Assembly: GCA_963754925.1 (NCBI GenBank)
Contig: CAVWHX010000004.1
Location: forward strand, 64,001-128,000
Source of the DNA: an uncultured delta proteobacterium
Lineage (GTDB): Bacteria; Myxococcota; B64-G9
Length of the DNA stretch: 64,000 nucleotides
Reading direction: 5' to 3'
Shown here: positions 9,293-19,904 of the stretch, piece by piece
Numbering within the stretch: position 1 is the first letter of the stretch
Layout: every line of letters begins with the position of its first letter
Program-made: the position numbers and the translations under genes
Notes under the pieces: generated by a model
Database searches by the model: none
Seen by the model: only the letters and a program-made list of their open reading frames with translations
What the model was told of the DNA's origin: nothing

Positions 9293-11728
9293 TCAATAAA
9301 GCACAAAGAATGCACCGTTAAAGCTACCCACTACCACATCCGGCAACCCATCGCCATTGAAATCACCAAGCGCCACTCCGGAACCGAGTAATTCAGCTCC
9401 AAAAACATTTCCCGCAAGAACGACGTCCGCGACATCGTTGAAATACTGACCCGCGCCGGTGTTTAAAATATGTATGCGTATCCCTGGGTGAGATTAGGGT
9501 TGGTGCCGGTAATAATATCCGGAAGCCCATCCATATTGATATCAGCCGCATCGAGTGCCCAGCCAAAGTTCATTTCTGTTTGGCCGGTGATCGTTTTCAA
9601 TGGATCTGAAGAGATACTATTATTGGCGCCGGCAAACAAGAAGACCTGACTGCCATTAGGCCTTGTAACTACGAGATCGGGAATACCGTCGCCGGTGAAA
9701 TCTATACCTCCAACCGCATAAGCGCCAAAGCCAAGATAATAGCTGGGAGGCGGCAACGTGTTGCCCTCTTCTAACGTTTCGAGCGACACACCGGTTGTTT
9801 CGGGATCGAGATCTACCGTCGTTGGATTACCCGTGGTGTTAGTGGCTGAGATGGTAGCGCCGCTAAAAATGTATTCCTTATTGATCTCGCAGGCGGGCAA
9901 CGCAAAATCGCCGTAGCCATCGCCATCGATATCGCCTAACGACGTGGCGCCGAACCGATATCCAAATCGATTATTGGCCGCATTGCCAAGGAATATTATG
10001 TCAGCCTGTGCAGCCTGAACATATCCATTACCAGCGGCCAAAGTAGACCAATGACTTTTGGTACGGCCGAAGAAAATGTATCCCTTACCCTGAAATCCGG
10101 ACGCCCTCGGTGCAGCGATAAAGATGTCGTCGATGCCATCCTTATTGATATCCCCGATGATGCGCACGTCATAACCAAATCTGTCACCTGCTGCCTCACC
10201 GCGGATCTCAACATCCGGGGTGCTTGGAAGAGGCTCATGATCGCGTCCAAAGAAGATGTGAGCACGGCCCGTTGAATTGTTGAAACCATAACCGCCCACA
10301 ATCAGATCGGTATAACCGTCTCCATCCACATCCCCGCGCCCGCTGGCGTATAAGCCAAAGTCCTCGGCGCTACCGGGGATCGTTAGCAGTTGCGGGGTTG
10401 CGGGAAGCGCCCAGGCGGATAGATCGCTCGTCCCATAGTATATATATAACGCGCCATCGTAATTGTTGTAGTCATAAGCGCTCACCGCCAAGTCGTCGAT
10501 GCCATCGTTGTTCACATCTCCAATGTTCCAGACATCTTGTCCAAAATATACGCCCGGGACGGTGGGTGGGGTGACGGGGGGTTGTGGAGGCGCCACGAGG
10601 TTCCACAGGTTGGCTAAAGAAACATCGTTTGTGGGGATCGGACCTAACGTTTCCCGCTTCGTCAACCGCCCGCATTACAAAATGGTAGGTATTCAAAGGA
10701 GGTAGTTTCGTCGCCAGGAACGTCTCGGCACTTCCCGCGGCTTGCGGAACAACCGATGTCATGTCGATCACCGTGGCGGCGCTCCAATCAGATTCGGTCG
10801 CGATCGGACTGAGCGACCAACGCAACAAATAGGCCGTGGCGGTTCCCGTGTCGCAATCATTACCCACCGCGGTCCAGTTTAGCCGTACGTCCGCATGACG
10901 GCTGGCCGCCGGAGGAGTATCAAGCGCGGCGGTAAAGGTCGGTTAATAGCGCACGGCGGCGTCACATCCCCATTCAGCGTCACCATGATTTGGGCCACTA
11001 CCGTGCTCCCATCATTTCCGGTGGTTTCCACCTGCAACACATCACTCCCCTCAACCAGGGTGGTGTCATTCCAGGCCGCTTTTGAATTAGCGAGCGTGGT
11101 TGATAGCGGGGCGCCACTGTTGATGGTCAACGTTATTGCCGTTCCGTCATTGACCGCCTTGCAAACAACCTGCACATTGCTTTGGAACCCCGCCAACCCT
11201 GGGTCGCTATCCTCTGTTTCGACGAAGATGGCGCCGTCAGTTGGATTCACGAAACGGCAGGCGGGGACATTCAGAGTGACCACAATATCTTTACAGCTAT
11301 CGATCGTTTGGTCTTTTATGCTGCACGAAGAACTGCCGGTAGTTTTGTAGCCTACCTGGATGGTGCCGGTGACGCATATATGGTTGGTTCCCTCCAAAAA
11401 GGTTTGGTTGCCAAAATCAATATGTCCTGTTCCGGTGGCTTGATCGTCGATCACCACGGTTCCCTCAACGTTTCCACCCGAGTTCTGATTGTTGCTGAGA
11501 AGCAGCTTTTGACCGATCCTTAATGCACGTCGTAACGACACTTACCGGACATTGAACACCGGCGGTATTGGGATCCAGATCATCAAACTCGGTCAATGCA
11601 GCCGAGCCGGTAGGGCTCGTGAAGTCAATCGTCGGTTGACAATCACAGGCATTCCCCCCTCCGTGGCAGCCGCCTACTAATAAAAGTACGCTGAGTCCCA
11701 CGGCAAAGACCATTGATAGCCGAACCAT
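9293..11728 (-). CDS. Large surface lipoprotein: Ig/Fn3-like domains plus FG-GAP (integrin-alpha-like) repeats; split by about 4 frameshifts
   Basis: GGAGG + ATG at 11728, lipobox LVGGC; ORFs 11465-11806, 10879-11541, 10472-10867 and 9463-10665 join into one reading; repeated GDVNNDGIDDL/GDIDGDGYGD motifs; final segment ...GDFNGDGLPDVVVGSFNGAFFVLY* ends at 9293. Confidence 0.7.
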
Positions 11729-11917
11729 TAATGACCTCCACGTTTGTCTTACGGAAGACGCCCCGAAGCGCAGACTTTCATATATTATAATAAAATATAA
11801 CTTCAAATCAACATACTAGAGAAATATTCTTTTCCCCTCTGACCTTGACCTAACGAACCACGCGTAGAACGGAAATCGAATTCATATTCAGGCACGGTCG
11901 ACTCTGATGAGAGGGAC

Positions 11918-12375
11918 TCAAACTTTGTCAACCAGACCCTTCTTGGCTAAGCACTCGACAAACCAGAGGGTATCCTTCTGCGCCCGATCGCGGGCAACCT
12001 CAAATTCAGCTGCCAGGACTTGCGCAAATTCTTTGAGCGAGCGTTGGCCATCGATGGCTTCCCAAATTCGAGTGCCCGTATCGTTGAGAGAATGCATGGT
12101 GCTGTCAACCGGGGTAATCACCACCGCCTCTCCATCGATCAATCGCCAGGCTACCTCGTGTTGGCGCTGGATAACATGGTTGAGGCTGAAGCTCACCGGA
12201 GCAGAAGACTGCTGGGCGTCGCCCGACGATTTTGCTGATTTTGAGAAGTTTTTCTTTTTGATTGGTTTTTTCAACACCGGTTTATGCGTTGACTTCTTCG
12301 CAACCGACTTTTTGGCCTTGGCGGCCTTCTTTACCGCCTTCTTTGCAACCGCGGGTTGTTTCTTTTAATTGCCAT
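11918..12375 (-). CDS. PqqD/RRE peptide-chaperone domain with Lys/Ala-rich N-terminal extension (frameshift in A-run near 12365)
   Basis: VAWRLIDGEAVVI...HSLNDTGTRIWEAIDGQRS...FVECLAKKGLV is typical PqqD; GGGGAG + ATG at 12375; upstream frame reads KKQPAVAKKAVKKAAKAKKSVAKKSTHKP. Confidence 0.8.
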
Positions 12376-12416
12376 GTGCTCCCCTATGAATGAATGTCAC
12401 CTCGCAACAAGAAATG

Positions 12417-12446
12417 AGTGTAGAATCAGTCCCCTCCTCTTGTCAA
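12417..12446 (-). promoter_or_regulatory. Candidate sigma70 promoter for the PqqD gene
   Basis: Minus strand TTGACA-18 nt-TACACT, ending about 40 nt before the ATG. Confidence 0.5.
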
Positions 12447-13745
12447 TCATTCGTCGAAACGGTCGGCCGCCTCGGCGGTTGTAATAATTTCCAGGGGTGG
12501 ACCCTCACGCAACAGCGCTTCGTTAAGCTGCAAAAGGCAACCAGAACAATCCGTTACAACCATCGCCGCGCCCGATCGTCGTATCTGTTCCACCTTCTTA
12601 TGGGCAATGCCCACTGAGAGATCGTAATGCGCTACGTTGAAGCTCCCCCCATGGCCACAGCAGGAGCAGGGTTGCTCCAGTTCAACAAACTCGGCTTTCT
12701 TGAGGTGAGTCAAGATAAGCCGAGGGGCGTCCTTCTCCTTAAAGCCCAGCAAAAGGTGGCAGGGATCGTGAAAGGTCAATAACGTTTTCTCCGGCCGGGC
12801 CTGCGTACGTTCCGTCACCCGACCCGGCCCCTCGCGATTAATCCCCCGCAGGTTGGCCAATAGTCGTGAAAACGGTATCACCCGCTCGGCCAGCAGCTTC
12901 GCCCGACGGGAGAGTTGTGGCTTGGTGAGGAGGAGCGTGGGCAGGTGCTCCTTTAACATCCAGGCGCACGATGCGCACGTAGTGGTAATGAAATCGGGGA
13001 GTGAGCCCGTTTCGGGGACCAATGCATCCAGATTACGCTGAGCTAAAAACAGCGCAGATTCATTTTCGCCGGTGCCGTAAGCGGGCAGGCCGCAGCACGT
13101 TTGTTCTTTCGGAACCACCACCGCCGCCCCGGCGCGCGCCAAAACCCGCACGGCTGCCTCAGCCGCCTGCGGCCTGAGGTAGTTGTTCACACAGCCGACA
13201 AACAAGGCAACGACGGGGCGGCCGGTCGTCGCGGCCGAGGGAACATCACGATCGAGGAAAAAAGGGTCGGCCAGAGGCGGGAGGGTGTGCCTCTCGCCTT
13301 TGGGCCCACGCAGGAAACGGATATATAGCCCACTCCGGCGTGGCACCCGCGCCGCCCAGAGAGCTCTGCATCCGCGCGCACCTTTGAGCAATAGCGGCAA
13401 TGCATGCTGCGCCGGCAGCAACCGGCGCAACAGCAGGTGCTTAAGCCAATCCGTTTGGTTGTGCTCGACTAAGGCTGCCCGGGCGGCCTGCATCACCAAC
13501 GGCGTGTCAACCTCGTTGGGGCAACTATTCAAGCATCGCCCGCACAACAAACAGGCCGAAAGAAAGGAACGGTACGCTTGGCTAGTCGACAGGCAACCCT
13601 GCTCATGGGCGGCAACGAGTTGTAGCTTGCCGCGCGCCACAAACCCCTCGTGGCGTCGTTGATCATACACCGGGCAAACGTTCATGCAGGCGCCGCACCG
13701 CACGCACCGATCGAGCTCTTGTGAGACGTTGGGTTCCGTGGCTAC
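12447..13745 (-). CDS. glcF: GlcF-like Fe-S protein (2x[4Fe-4S] + two CCG domains)
   Basis: CVRCGACMNVCP, CLLCGRCLNSCP, TCCGLP, HDPCH, CCGHGG; exact start uncertain. Confidence 0.8.
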   Translation of the reverse strand, partial: VATEPNVSQELDRCVRCGACMNVCPVYDQRRHEGFVARGKLQLVAAHEQGCLSTSQAYRSFLSACLLCGRCLNSCPNEVDTPLVMQAARAALVEHNQTDWLKHLLLRRLLPAQHALPLLLKGARGCRALWAARVPRRSGLYIRFLRGPKGERHTLPPLADPFFLDRDVPSAATTGRPVVALFVGCVNNYLRPQAAEAAVRVLARAGAAVVVPKEQTCCGLPAYGTGENESALFLAQRNLDALVPETGSLPDFITTTCASCAWMLKEHLPTLLLTKPQLSRRAKLLAERVIPFSRLLANLRGINREGPGRVTERTQARPEKTLLTFHDPCHLLLGFKEKDAPRLILTHLKKAEFVELEQPCSCCGHGGSFNVAHYDLSVGIAHKKVEQIRRSGAAMVVTDCSGCLLQLNEALLREGPPLEIITTAEAADRFDE

Positions 13746-15135
13746 ACCTCCGGGATCGGAAATATCTTGCCCGGGTTGAGAATGTTGTTGGGATCAAGCG
13801 CGGCCTTTATCCGGCGCATGGTCTCCATGACCACCGCGGAAAGCTCGAGCCCGAGGTAGGGCTGCTTGGTCGTGCCCACCCCATGTTCTCCGGTGATGCT
13901 GCCCTGGAGCGCCACCGCGAGCTCAAAGGTCTCGCGTATCGCGTCATCCACCCGGCGACGTTCATCCGCGTCATCCGGGTGTATCAGAAAGTTAACGTGA
14001 ATATTGCCGTCCCCGGCATGCCCGAAACAGGCGCAGGCCACCCGATGACGCTGAGCGAGATCGTGCACCCCGACAATCGCTTCCGGCAGTCGCGCGATGG
14101 GCACCACGATATCCTCGTTGAACTTGTGCGGAGCGATGCGCGCCAGGGCCGGACCGGCCAAGCTCCGGGCTTTCCACAACAGCTCGGCTTCCTGTTCATC
14201 CCTGCTCATACGCACCGTGCGCGCTCCACCGGCGCGCATGATTTCATCCACCCGGCGGGCCGCGCGTTCGACCTCGCCGGGGGCGCCATCGACTTCAATC
14301 ACCAGCACCGCCGCGGCGTCGGTGGGTAATCCAACCGGCTGGTATTCTTCCACGCAGCGGATAGTCTCGCGATCGATCAACTCGATCGCCGCTGGCACCA
14401 CCTTCGCGCGGATAAGGGCCCCTATCGCCGTCGCCGCAGCCTCAAGCTGGTCGAAAACAACCAGCGCGGTCTTTCGGGTTTCGGGTGCGGGGATCAAACG
14501 GAGCGTCGCCTCGGTGATGATTCCGAGCGTGCCTTCGGACCCGACGAGCAAAGAGACCACGTCGTAACCAGCGACCGATTTCAAAGTACGGGCGCCGAGT
14601 CGCACTATCTGACCTTGCGGAAGGACCACCTCGAGCGCGAGCACATACTGGCGGGTCACCCCATACTTGACCGCGCGCGGACCGCCGGCGTTTTCGGCCA
14701 GATTGCCGCCCAACGTGCAGGTCTCTTTGCTCTGCGGATCGGGCGGATAAAAGAGCCCGCGTGAGGCCGCCTGTTCCTGCAACTCGCTCGTCACCACACC
14801 CGGTTGAACGACTGCTTGAAGGTTATGCTCGTCGATCATCAGGATACGGTTGAGGCGCTGGGTCGAGATGATTACCCCGCCCTGAATCGCCCGGGCTCCA
14901 CCGGTCAGATTGGTGCCTGCCCCGCGGGGGATGACCGGGAAACGCTGCAGGTTGGCAAGCGTTACTATTTCAGCGATCTCACGGGTAGTGGCCGGAAAAA
15001 CAACGGCATCAGGCAAAGCCAACGGCGCCTGCGGCGTTGCGTCATAGCCATAGAGCGTTAGCTCCTCCGGAGCGGTTTAAGGTATTCCGCGCCGACGATG
15101 CTTCGAAGCTCTTTGAGGACGCTTTTCGCGAGCAT
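13742..15135 (-). CDS. glcD: FAD-linked oxidase, glycolate/D-lactate dehydrogenase GlcD-like (frameshift near 15078)
   Basis: PRGAGTNLTGG, YPPDPQS, GSEGTLGIITE, HAGDGNIH, TGEHGVG, LDPNNILNPGK; AGGAG + ATG at 15135. Confidence 0.85.
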
Positions 15136-15227
15136 GTTCCCGTCTCCTTGGAATACAATATGTGCCCGTTCCGCAGAGATCGCAAGGCGCCCCCGCTGGA
15201 ATCTACGATGTTCACGCCATCATCGTC

Positions 15228-15520
15228 GTAGGGGCAGGGCTTGCCCTGTCCTCATTGGCTATTGAGGGCGCGGCGAGCAGCGCCCCTACAATCCTGGATC
15301 CCCAGCCAAGCCCATAGGATAAGAGACGGTAACTCCCTTCGGTCGTAACATTCTCTAACCCCTAAAGGGATAAGAGACCGTGAGCTTCGCTCTGCTCAGC
15401 AACGGTCTCTAACCGCACAGCGCTTTCGCGGGGATGACAAAAATCTCTTAATACGTCACCCCCGCGCAGGCGGGGGTCCAGACTAAGTCTCTCCTGGATT
15501 CCCACTTTCGTGGGAATGAC
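15228..15520. repeat. Composite REP-like palindrome cluster with two tandem mini-elements
   Basis: GTAGGGGC...GCCCCTAC pair (15228-15289); GGATCCCC...GGGGATGAC interrupted by units 15311-15358 and 15359-15412; GTCACCCCCGCGCAGGCGGGGGTCCAG / CTGGATTCCCACTTTCGTGGGAATGAC doublet (15455-15520). Confidence 0.85.
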
Positions 15521-15570
15521 CCCCAGAGGTTTTTATAGCAATTGCATGGACGGAAGCAGGTTGAAATGGG

Positions 15571-16539
15571 TTAAGCTTTTGCTTTCTTGATCTCTTCGAC
15601 CATCTCGGGGACGGCCTTGAAGAGATCGGCGACGAGCCCGTAGTCGGCGACGTTGAAAATCGGGGCCTCTTCGTCCTTATTGATGGCCACGATAACCTTC
15701 GAGCCCTTCATACCGGCCAGGTGCTGAATGGCCCCCGATAATCCCACCGCGACGTAGAGGTCGGGAGCAACCACTTTGCCGGTTTGCCCGACTTGAAGGT
15801 CATTCGGGGCCCAGCCGGCGTCCACGGCGGCACGGGAAGCGCCCACCGCCGCTCCCAACAAATCGGCCAGCCCTTCGATCAGCTTAAAGCCTTCCGCACC
15901 CTTGGTCCCGCGTCCGCCGGAGACAATCACACGCGCCTCGGTCAATTCGGGACGGGTTGATTTGACTTCCTCAAAACGCACAAACCGCTTTTTCAAGGTT
16001 CCCAGGTCCACCGAAACGGCGACGGATGCCTTCTGTCCGCCCGAGGCACCCTTGGCGGCCGGCTCGAATTCGGTCCCGCGAACGGTCACCACCTTGCTCG
16101 GCGTGGTGAGCTCAACCGCCACGACCGCCGCACCGGCCCATACCGGCCGTAGGAAATGACCGGCGTCGTTGAATCCCAGGATGTCGGATGCCATACCGGC
16201 CTCGAGCTTGCCGGCCACGCGCGGCATGAGATCCTTGGCCATCGACGTCGAGGTCATACCGATTACCTCGGCGTTTATCTCCTTGGCGAGCTTAGCGACG
16301 ACGATGGCATAACTTTCGGCGAGATAGGCGCCGAGCACATCGGCATCGGCGACATGGACCTTAGCCGCCCCATAGCATAGGGCTTCGTCGGCGACCTTTC
16401 CCGCGCCTGTACCTAACACCACGATGTGGAACTCCCCACCGCGCTTAGCGGTATACTGCTTGGCGAAGGTAAAGCTCGCGAGGCTTGCTTTCTTGAGGGT
16501 TCCCTCTTTCTGCTCTGCGACAATCAAAACGTTGCCCAT
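15571..16539 (-). CDS. etfA: Electron transfer flavoprotein alpha subunit
   Basis: [47 protein letters not shown]. Confidence 0.95.
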   Translation of the reverse strand: MGNVLIVAEQKEGTLKKASLASFTFAKQYTAKRGGEFHIVVLGTGAGKVADEALCYGAAKVHVADADVLGAYLAESYAIVVAKLAKEINAEVIGMTSTSMAKDLMPRVAGKLEAGMASDILGFNDAGHFLRPVWAGAAVVAVELTTPSKVVTVRGTEFEPAAKGASGGQKASVAVSVDLGTLKKRFVRFEEVKSTRPELTEARVIVSGGRGTKGAEGFKLIEGLADLLGAAVGASRAAVDAGWAPNDLQVGQTGKVVAPDLYVAVGLSGAIQHLAGMKGSKVIVAINKDEEAPIFNVADYGLVADLFKAVPEMVEEIKKAKA

Positions 16540-16566
16540 GGTTTTTCTCCTTGGCCTCGGATTGCT

Positions 16567-17326
16567 CTAAAGCACCTTGGCTTCATCCCGCAGCTTGGTT
16601 ATCAGAGTCGGAACGTCGGGGACCTTGATGCCCGCTTTGCGCTCGGTCGGTTCCGAAAGCTTATGCCAGACCACCCGCGGTTTGGTATCAACGCCCGTTT
16701 GGTCAAGCGGGATCTCTTTAATCGGCTTTCTTCTTGGCTTTCATGATGCCGGGCAACGAGGCGTAGCGTGGTTCGTTGAGACGCAGGTCGGCGGTGATAA
16801 CCGCCGGAAGATCTAATTCGACGATATCGAAACCACCGTCCACCTCGCGGGTGACCGTCGCCTTCTTGAGATCGGCCGACAGTTCGACCTTCGAGGCAAA
16901 GCAAGCCTGACCGACGCCCATGAGTTCGGCCAAGAGCTGTCCGGCCTGATTGTTATCGCCATCGACCGCCTGCTTGCCCATGAGAATGAGATCCGGCTTC
17001 TCCTCATCGACCAGCTTCTTGAGCACCTTCGAGACCGCCATCGAATCGACGAATCCATCACTAATAACATGGATTCCCCGATCGGCGCCCATCGCGAGCC
17101 CGGAGCGAATCTCCTTCGAGGATTCTTTGGGGCCGATGCTGACAATCACAATCTCGGCGCTGTTTTTCTCCTTGATGCGGATAGCCTCCTCGATAGCGAT
17201 CTCGTCGAAAGGATTAACCTTGTAATCAACCCCATCGGTGACGATACCGCTGCCATCCGGCTTAACCTTGATCTTGACATCCGGATCGGTGACCCGTTTT
17301 GCGGTAACCAAAATCTTCACGGCCAA
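16567..17326 (-). CDS. etfB: Electron transfer flavoprotein beta subunit (frameshift in A-run near 16730)
   Basis: NPFDEIAIEEA, AMGADRG, GKQAVDGD, RLNEPRYASLPGIMKAKKK; continuation in another frame ends ...EAKVL* at 16567. Confidence 0.92.
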
Positions 17327-17468
17327 CCTCCTTGTGTAAATTCAGAGGATGCCATTTTCTTTCGGCCGCACGAGCATGTCAAGCATAATTGACTCATTTG
17401 TCAGCTATTTTTATTTATCCTGTACTATCAATTACTTGCGTAAATATACGAAGAGCTTTCCGCATCAG

Positions 17469-17958
17469 CTACTCCAAGCGCCGCACGCGTTGGCCGCTTT
17501 CGCCCAAGGATGAAAGCAACTCGGCTATAGTGCGGCCGAGCACGGGGTGCCGAACCTGCGGCGCGATTTCGGCAAGCGGCGCCAAAACAAATCGGCGTTC
17601 TTGCAGACGCGGGTGGGGAATGACGATCCCCGGTTCGGAGAGCACCGCCGTGCCCCACAACAATAAATCGATGTCGATTACCCGCGGTCCGAAGCGCACC
17701 GTCGGCGTTCGCCCAAACTGTATTTCAATCTCTTTAAAATACGCGATAAGTTTTTGAGCCGATAGGTCGGTATCAATCCCCACGGTCAGGTTGATAAAGT
17801 CCGGCTGATCGGTGACTCCCATGGGCTCGGTCTCGTACAGCCCCGACACCGCCCGCACCCGCACGTCGGGCAGCGCTCGCACCCGCGCGATCGCGTTGCG
17901 GCAGTTTTCTGAGCCGCTCACCGAGGTTCGATCCAATCGACAGATAACAGGGGGGCAT
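17469..17958 (-). CDS. folK: HPPK (2-amino-4-hydroxy-6-hydroxymethyldihydropteridine diphosphokinase; frameshift near 17915)
   Basis: YLSIGSNLGER in one frame; YETEP...QPDFIN...GPRVIDIDLL...PHPRLQERRFVLAPL in the next. Confidence 0.9.
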
Positions 17959-17960
17959 CG

Positions 17961-19130
17961 CTAGCCGCTCAAACCGGCCTTTTTGATGCGCGCGACGGCT
18001 TCCTGCAGGCGGCTCTCGTCGACGGTCAACGAGAAGCGCACATAGCCTTTGCCGGATGGCCCGAAACCAGATCCCGGCGTTACCATCACGCCGACCTTCT
18101 CGATCAGTCGGCCGGCAAAGCTGACGTCATCGCCGCCCGGCACGGGCATCCAAACATAGAACGTCGCCCGGGGGACGAACGGCTCGTATCCGGCCGCGCG
18201 CAATCCCGTTATTAATACGTCACGCCTGCGTTGATAGGTGGCCAGAAGCTCGGGCAGGTACGTGGGCCAGCTGCGCAGCGCCTCTACCCCGGCCAGTTGA
18301 ACCGCCTGAAAGACGCCTGAATCGAGGTTGTTTTTGAGGGTCCCCAGCGCTCCGACTATCTCGCGGGCGCCGACCGCGAAGCCGACCCGCCAGCCGCACA
18401 TGCTGTACGTCTTGGAGAGCGAATGAAACTCGATGGTCACGGGCCGCGCATCTGAAAGCTCGAGCACCGACGGCGCCCGGTAACCGTCGAAGGTGATCTC
18501 CGAGTACGCCGAATCCACGCAGAGAATGCACCCGTGCGCATGGGCGAAGGCCACGGCTTTCTCGAGGAAGGCTCGATCGGCCACCGCCGTTGTGGGATTG
18601 TTGGGGTAGTTGATCCAGAGAGCCTTGGTACGCGCGGCGACTTTTTTTGGGATCGCATCCAAATCCGGCATGAAACCGTGCTCGGCGGTCAAGGGCATAC
18701 CATAGGGTTCGCCTCCCGCCAGATGAGTCGCAATCGAATAGACGGGATATCCCGGATCGGGGCAGAGCACCACGTCGCCGGGATCGACCAGCGCAAACAT
18801 GAGGTGACCAATGCCCTCTTTCGTGCCGATGAGCGCCAGCACTTCTTGATCGGGATCCAACGTCACCTGGTAGCGGCGCCCAAACCACTCCGCCGCCGCC
18901 TGTCGAAAAACCGGCGATCCGGCATACGCCGGGTACCGATGGGTTTCGGGATCGTGCAGCGCCCGTTCGCCGGCTGCCACGATTGTAGGCGGGGTCGGTA
19001 TATCGGGATCGCCGATCGTCAGGGCGATCACATCCACGCCCCGCGCCTTGGCGGCTTCCTTTTTGCGATCGAGATCCGCGAATAAATACGGGGCCAACAA
19101 ATTCATTCGCTTCGCGAGCGGCGAACTCAT
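17961..19130 (-). CDS. dapL: LL-diaminopimelate aminotransferase (class I/II PLP)
   Basis: NYPNNPT, EFHSLSKTYSMCGWRVG, PGSGFG; located in the dap operon. Confidence 0.8.
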   Translation of the reverse strand: MSSPLAKRMNLLAPYLFADLDRKKEAAKARGVDVIALTIGDPDIPTPPTIVAAGERALHDPETHRYPAYAGSPVFRQAAAEWFGRRYQVTLDPDQEVLALIGTKEGIGHLMFALVDPGDVVLCPDPGYPVYSIATHLAGGEPYGMPLTAEHGFMPDLDAIPKKVAARTKALWINYPNNPTTAVADRAFLEKAVAFAHAHGCILCVDSAYSEITFDGYRAPSVLELSDARPVTIEFHSLSKTYSMCGWRVGFAVGAREIVGALGTLKNNLDSGVFQAVQLAGVEALRSWPTYLPELLATYQRRRDVLITGLRAAGYEPFVPRATFYVWMPVPGGDDVSFAGRLIEKVGVMVTPGSGFGPSGKGYVRFSLTVDESRLQEAVARIKKAGLSG

Positions 19131-19145
19131 CCACCTATCTCCTTG

Positions 19146-19904
19146 TCAGTCCTCTGCGAATACATCCGCCATACTGTAAAAACCCGGCTTCCGCCCTACC
19201 ACAAAACGCACCGCCGCCAGAGCCCCGCGGCAAAAATGCTCGCGCGAAGTAGCGCGGTGGGTGATGATAATCTGCTCGCCGGGACCGAGGAACATCACCT
19301 GGTGCTCGCCCACCACGTCGCCGCCGCGGATAGAGGCAAGCCCGATCTCGCCGTCTTCGCGTTTACCCGATCTGCCGTACACGCGCTGGGTATGCCGGCT
19401 CGTCTCAGCCGCTTCGGCAAGCAACAGCGCGGTTCCGGAGGGAGCGTCGGCCTTGCGGCGGTGGTGTAATTCGAGAATCTCCACGTCGTAGTCTTTGAGC
19501 ATGCGCGCAGCCTGACGCGTCAGTTCAGTTACCCAATACACGCCGCGGCTCATATTCGAGCTGCACACTACCGGGATCGATTTGCCGGCCGCGCGCAACT
19601 GCTGCCGCTGCTCCTCCGAGAAACCGGTGGTTCCGGTCACCACCGGCTTATCTTGTTGTACGGCAAGCTCCAGGTGCGCCAGCACTACATCGGGCGGCCC
19701 GAAATCAAGCAGCACATCGGAAAAAGCGATGGCCAACTCGGCGTTATCGCCCACGGTGACGTTTTCGGCGACGGTAACTCCAAGATCGGGGTGATCCGAT
19801 CGTTCGAGGGCCGCGACCAGACGCAACTCGCTCGATTCGCTGATCAGGTCGGCAAGCATCCGACCCATACGTCCGCGTGCGCCGGATAAACAAACGCCTA
19901 TCAT
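19146..19904 (-). CDS. dapB: 4-hydroxy-tetrahydrodipicolinate reductase
   Basis: GARGRMG, GTTG, ELHHRRKADAPSGTA, RGGDVVGEH. Confidence 0.95.
   Translation of the reverse strand: MIGVCLSGARGRMGRMLADLISESSELRLVAALERSDHPDLGVTVAENVTVGDNAELAIAFSDVLLDFGPPDVVLAHLELAVQQDKPVVTGTTGFSEEQRQQLRAAGKSIPVVCSSNMSRGVYWVTELTRQAARMLKDYDVEILELHHRRKADAPSGTALLLAEAAETSRHTQRVYGRSGKREDGEIGLASIRGGDVVGEHQVMFLGPGEQIIITHRATSREHFCRGALAAVRFVVGRKPGFYSMADVFAED

Noticed and set aside
11918..12375. PQQ biosynthesis (pqqD)
   Set aside because: No pqqA (ExxxY), pqqB, pqqC or pqqE; the domain is better read as a generic RRE
15311..15412. Integron attC sites or cassettes
   Set aside because: TAAC-like ends are present, but the canonical RYYYAAC...GTTRRRY arrangement, cassette ORFs and an integrase are absent
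15228..15520. CRISPR array
   Set aside because: No identical direct repeats with regular unique spacers and no cas genes; the units are palindromic and nested
13742..17958. glcD, etfB and folK as pseudogenes or programmed frameshifts
   Set aside because: Single indels with fully conserved sequence on both sides, repeated across unrelated genes, fit sequencing error better
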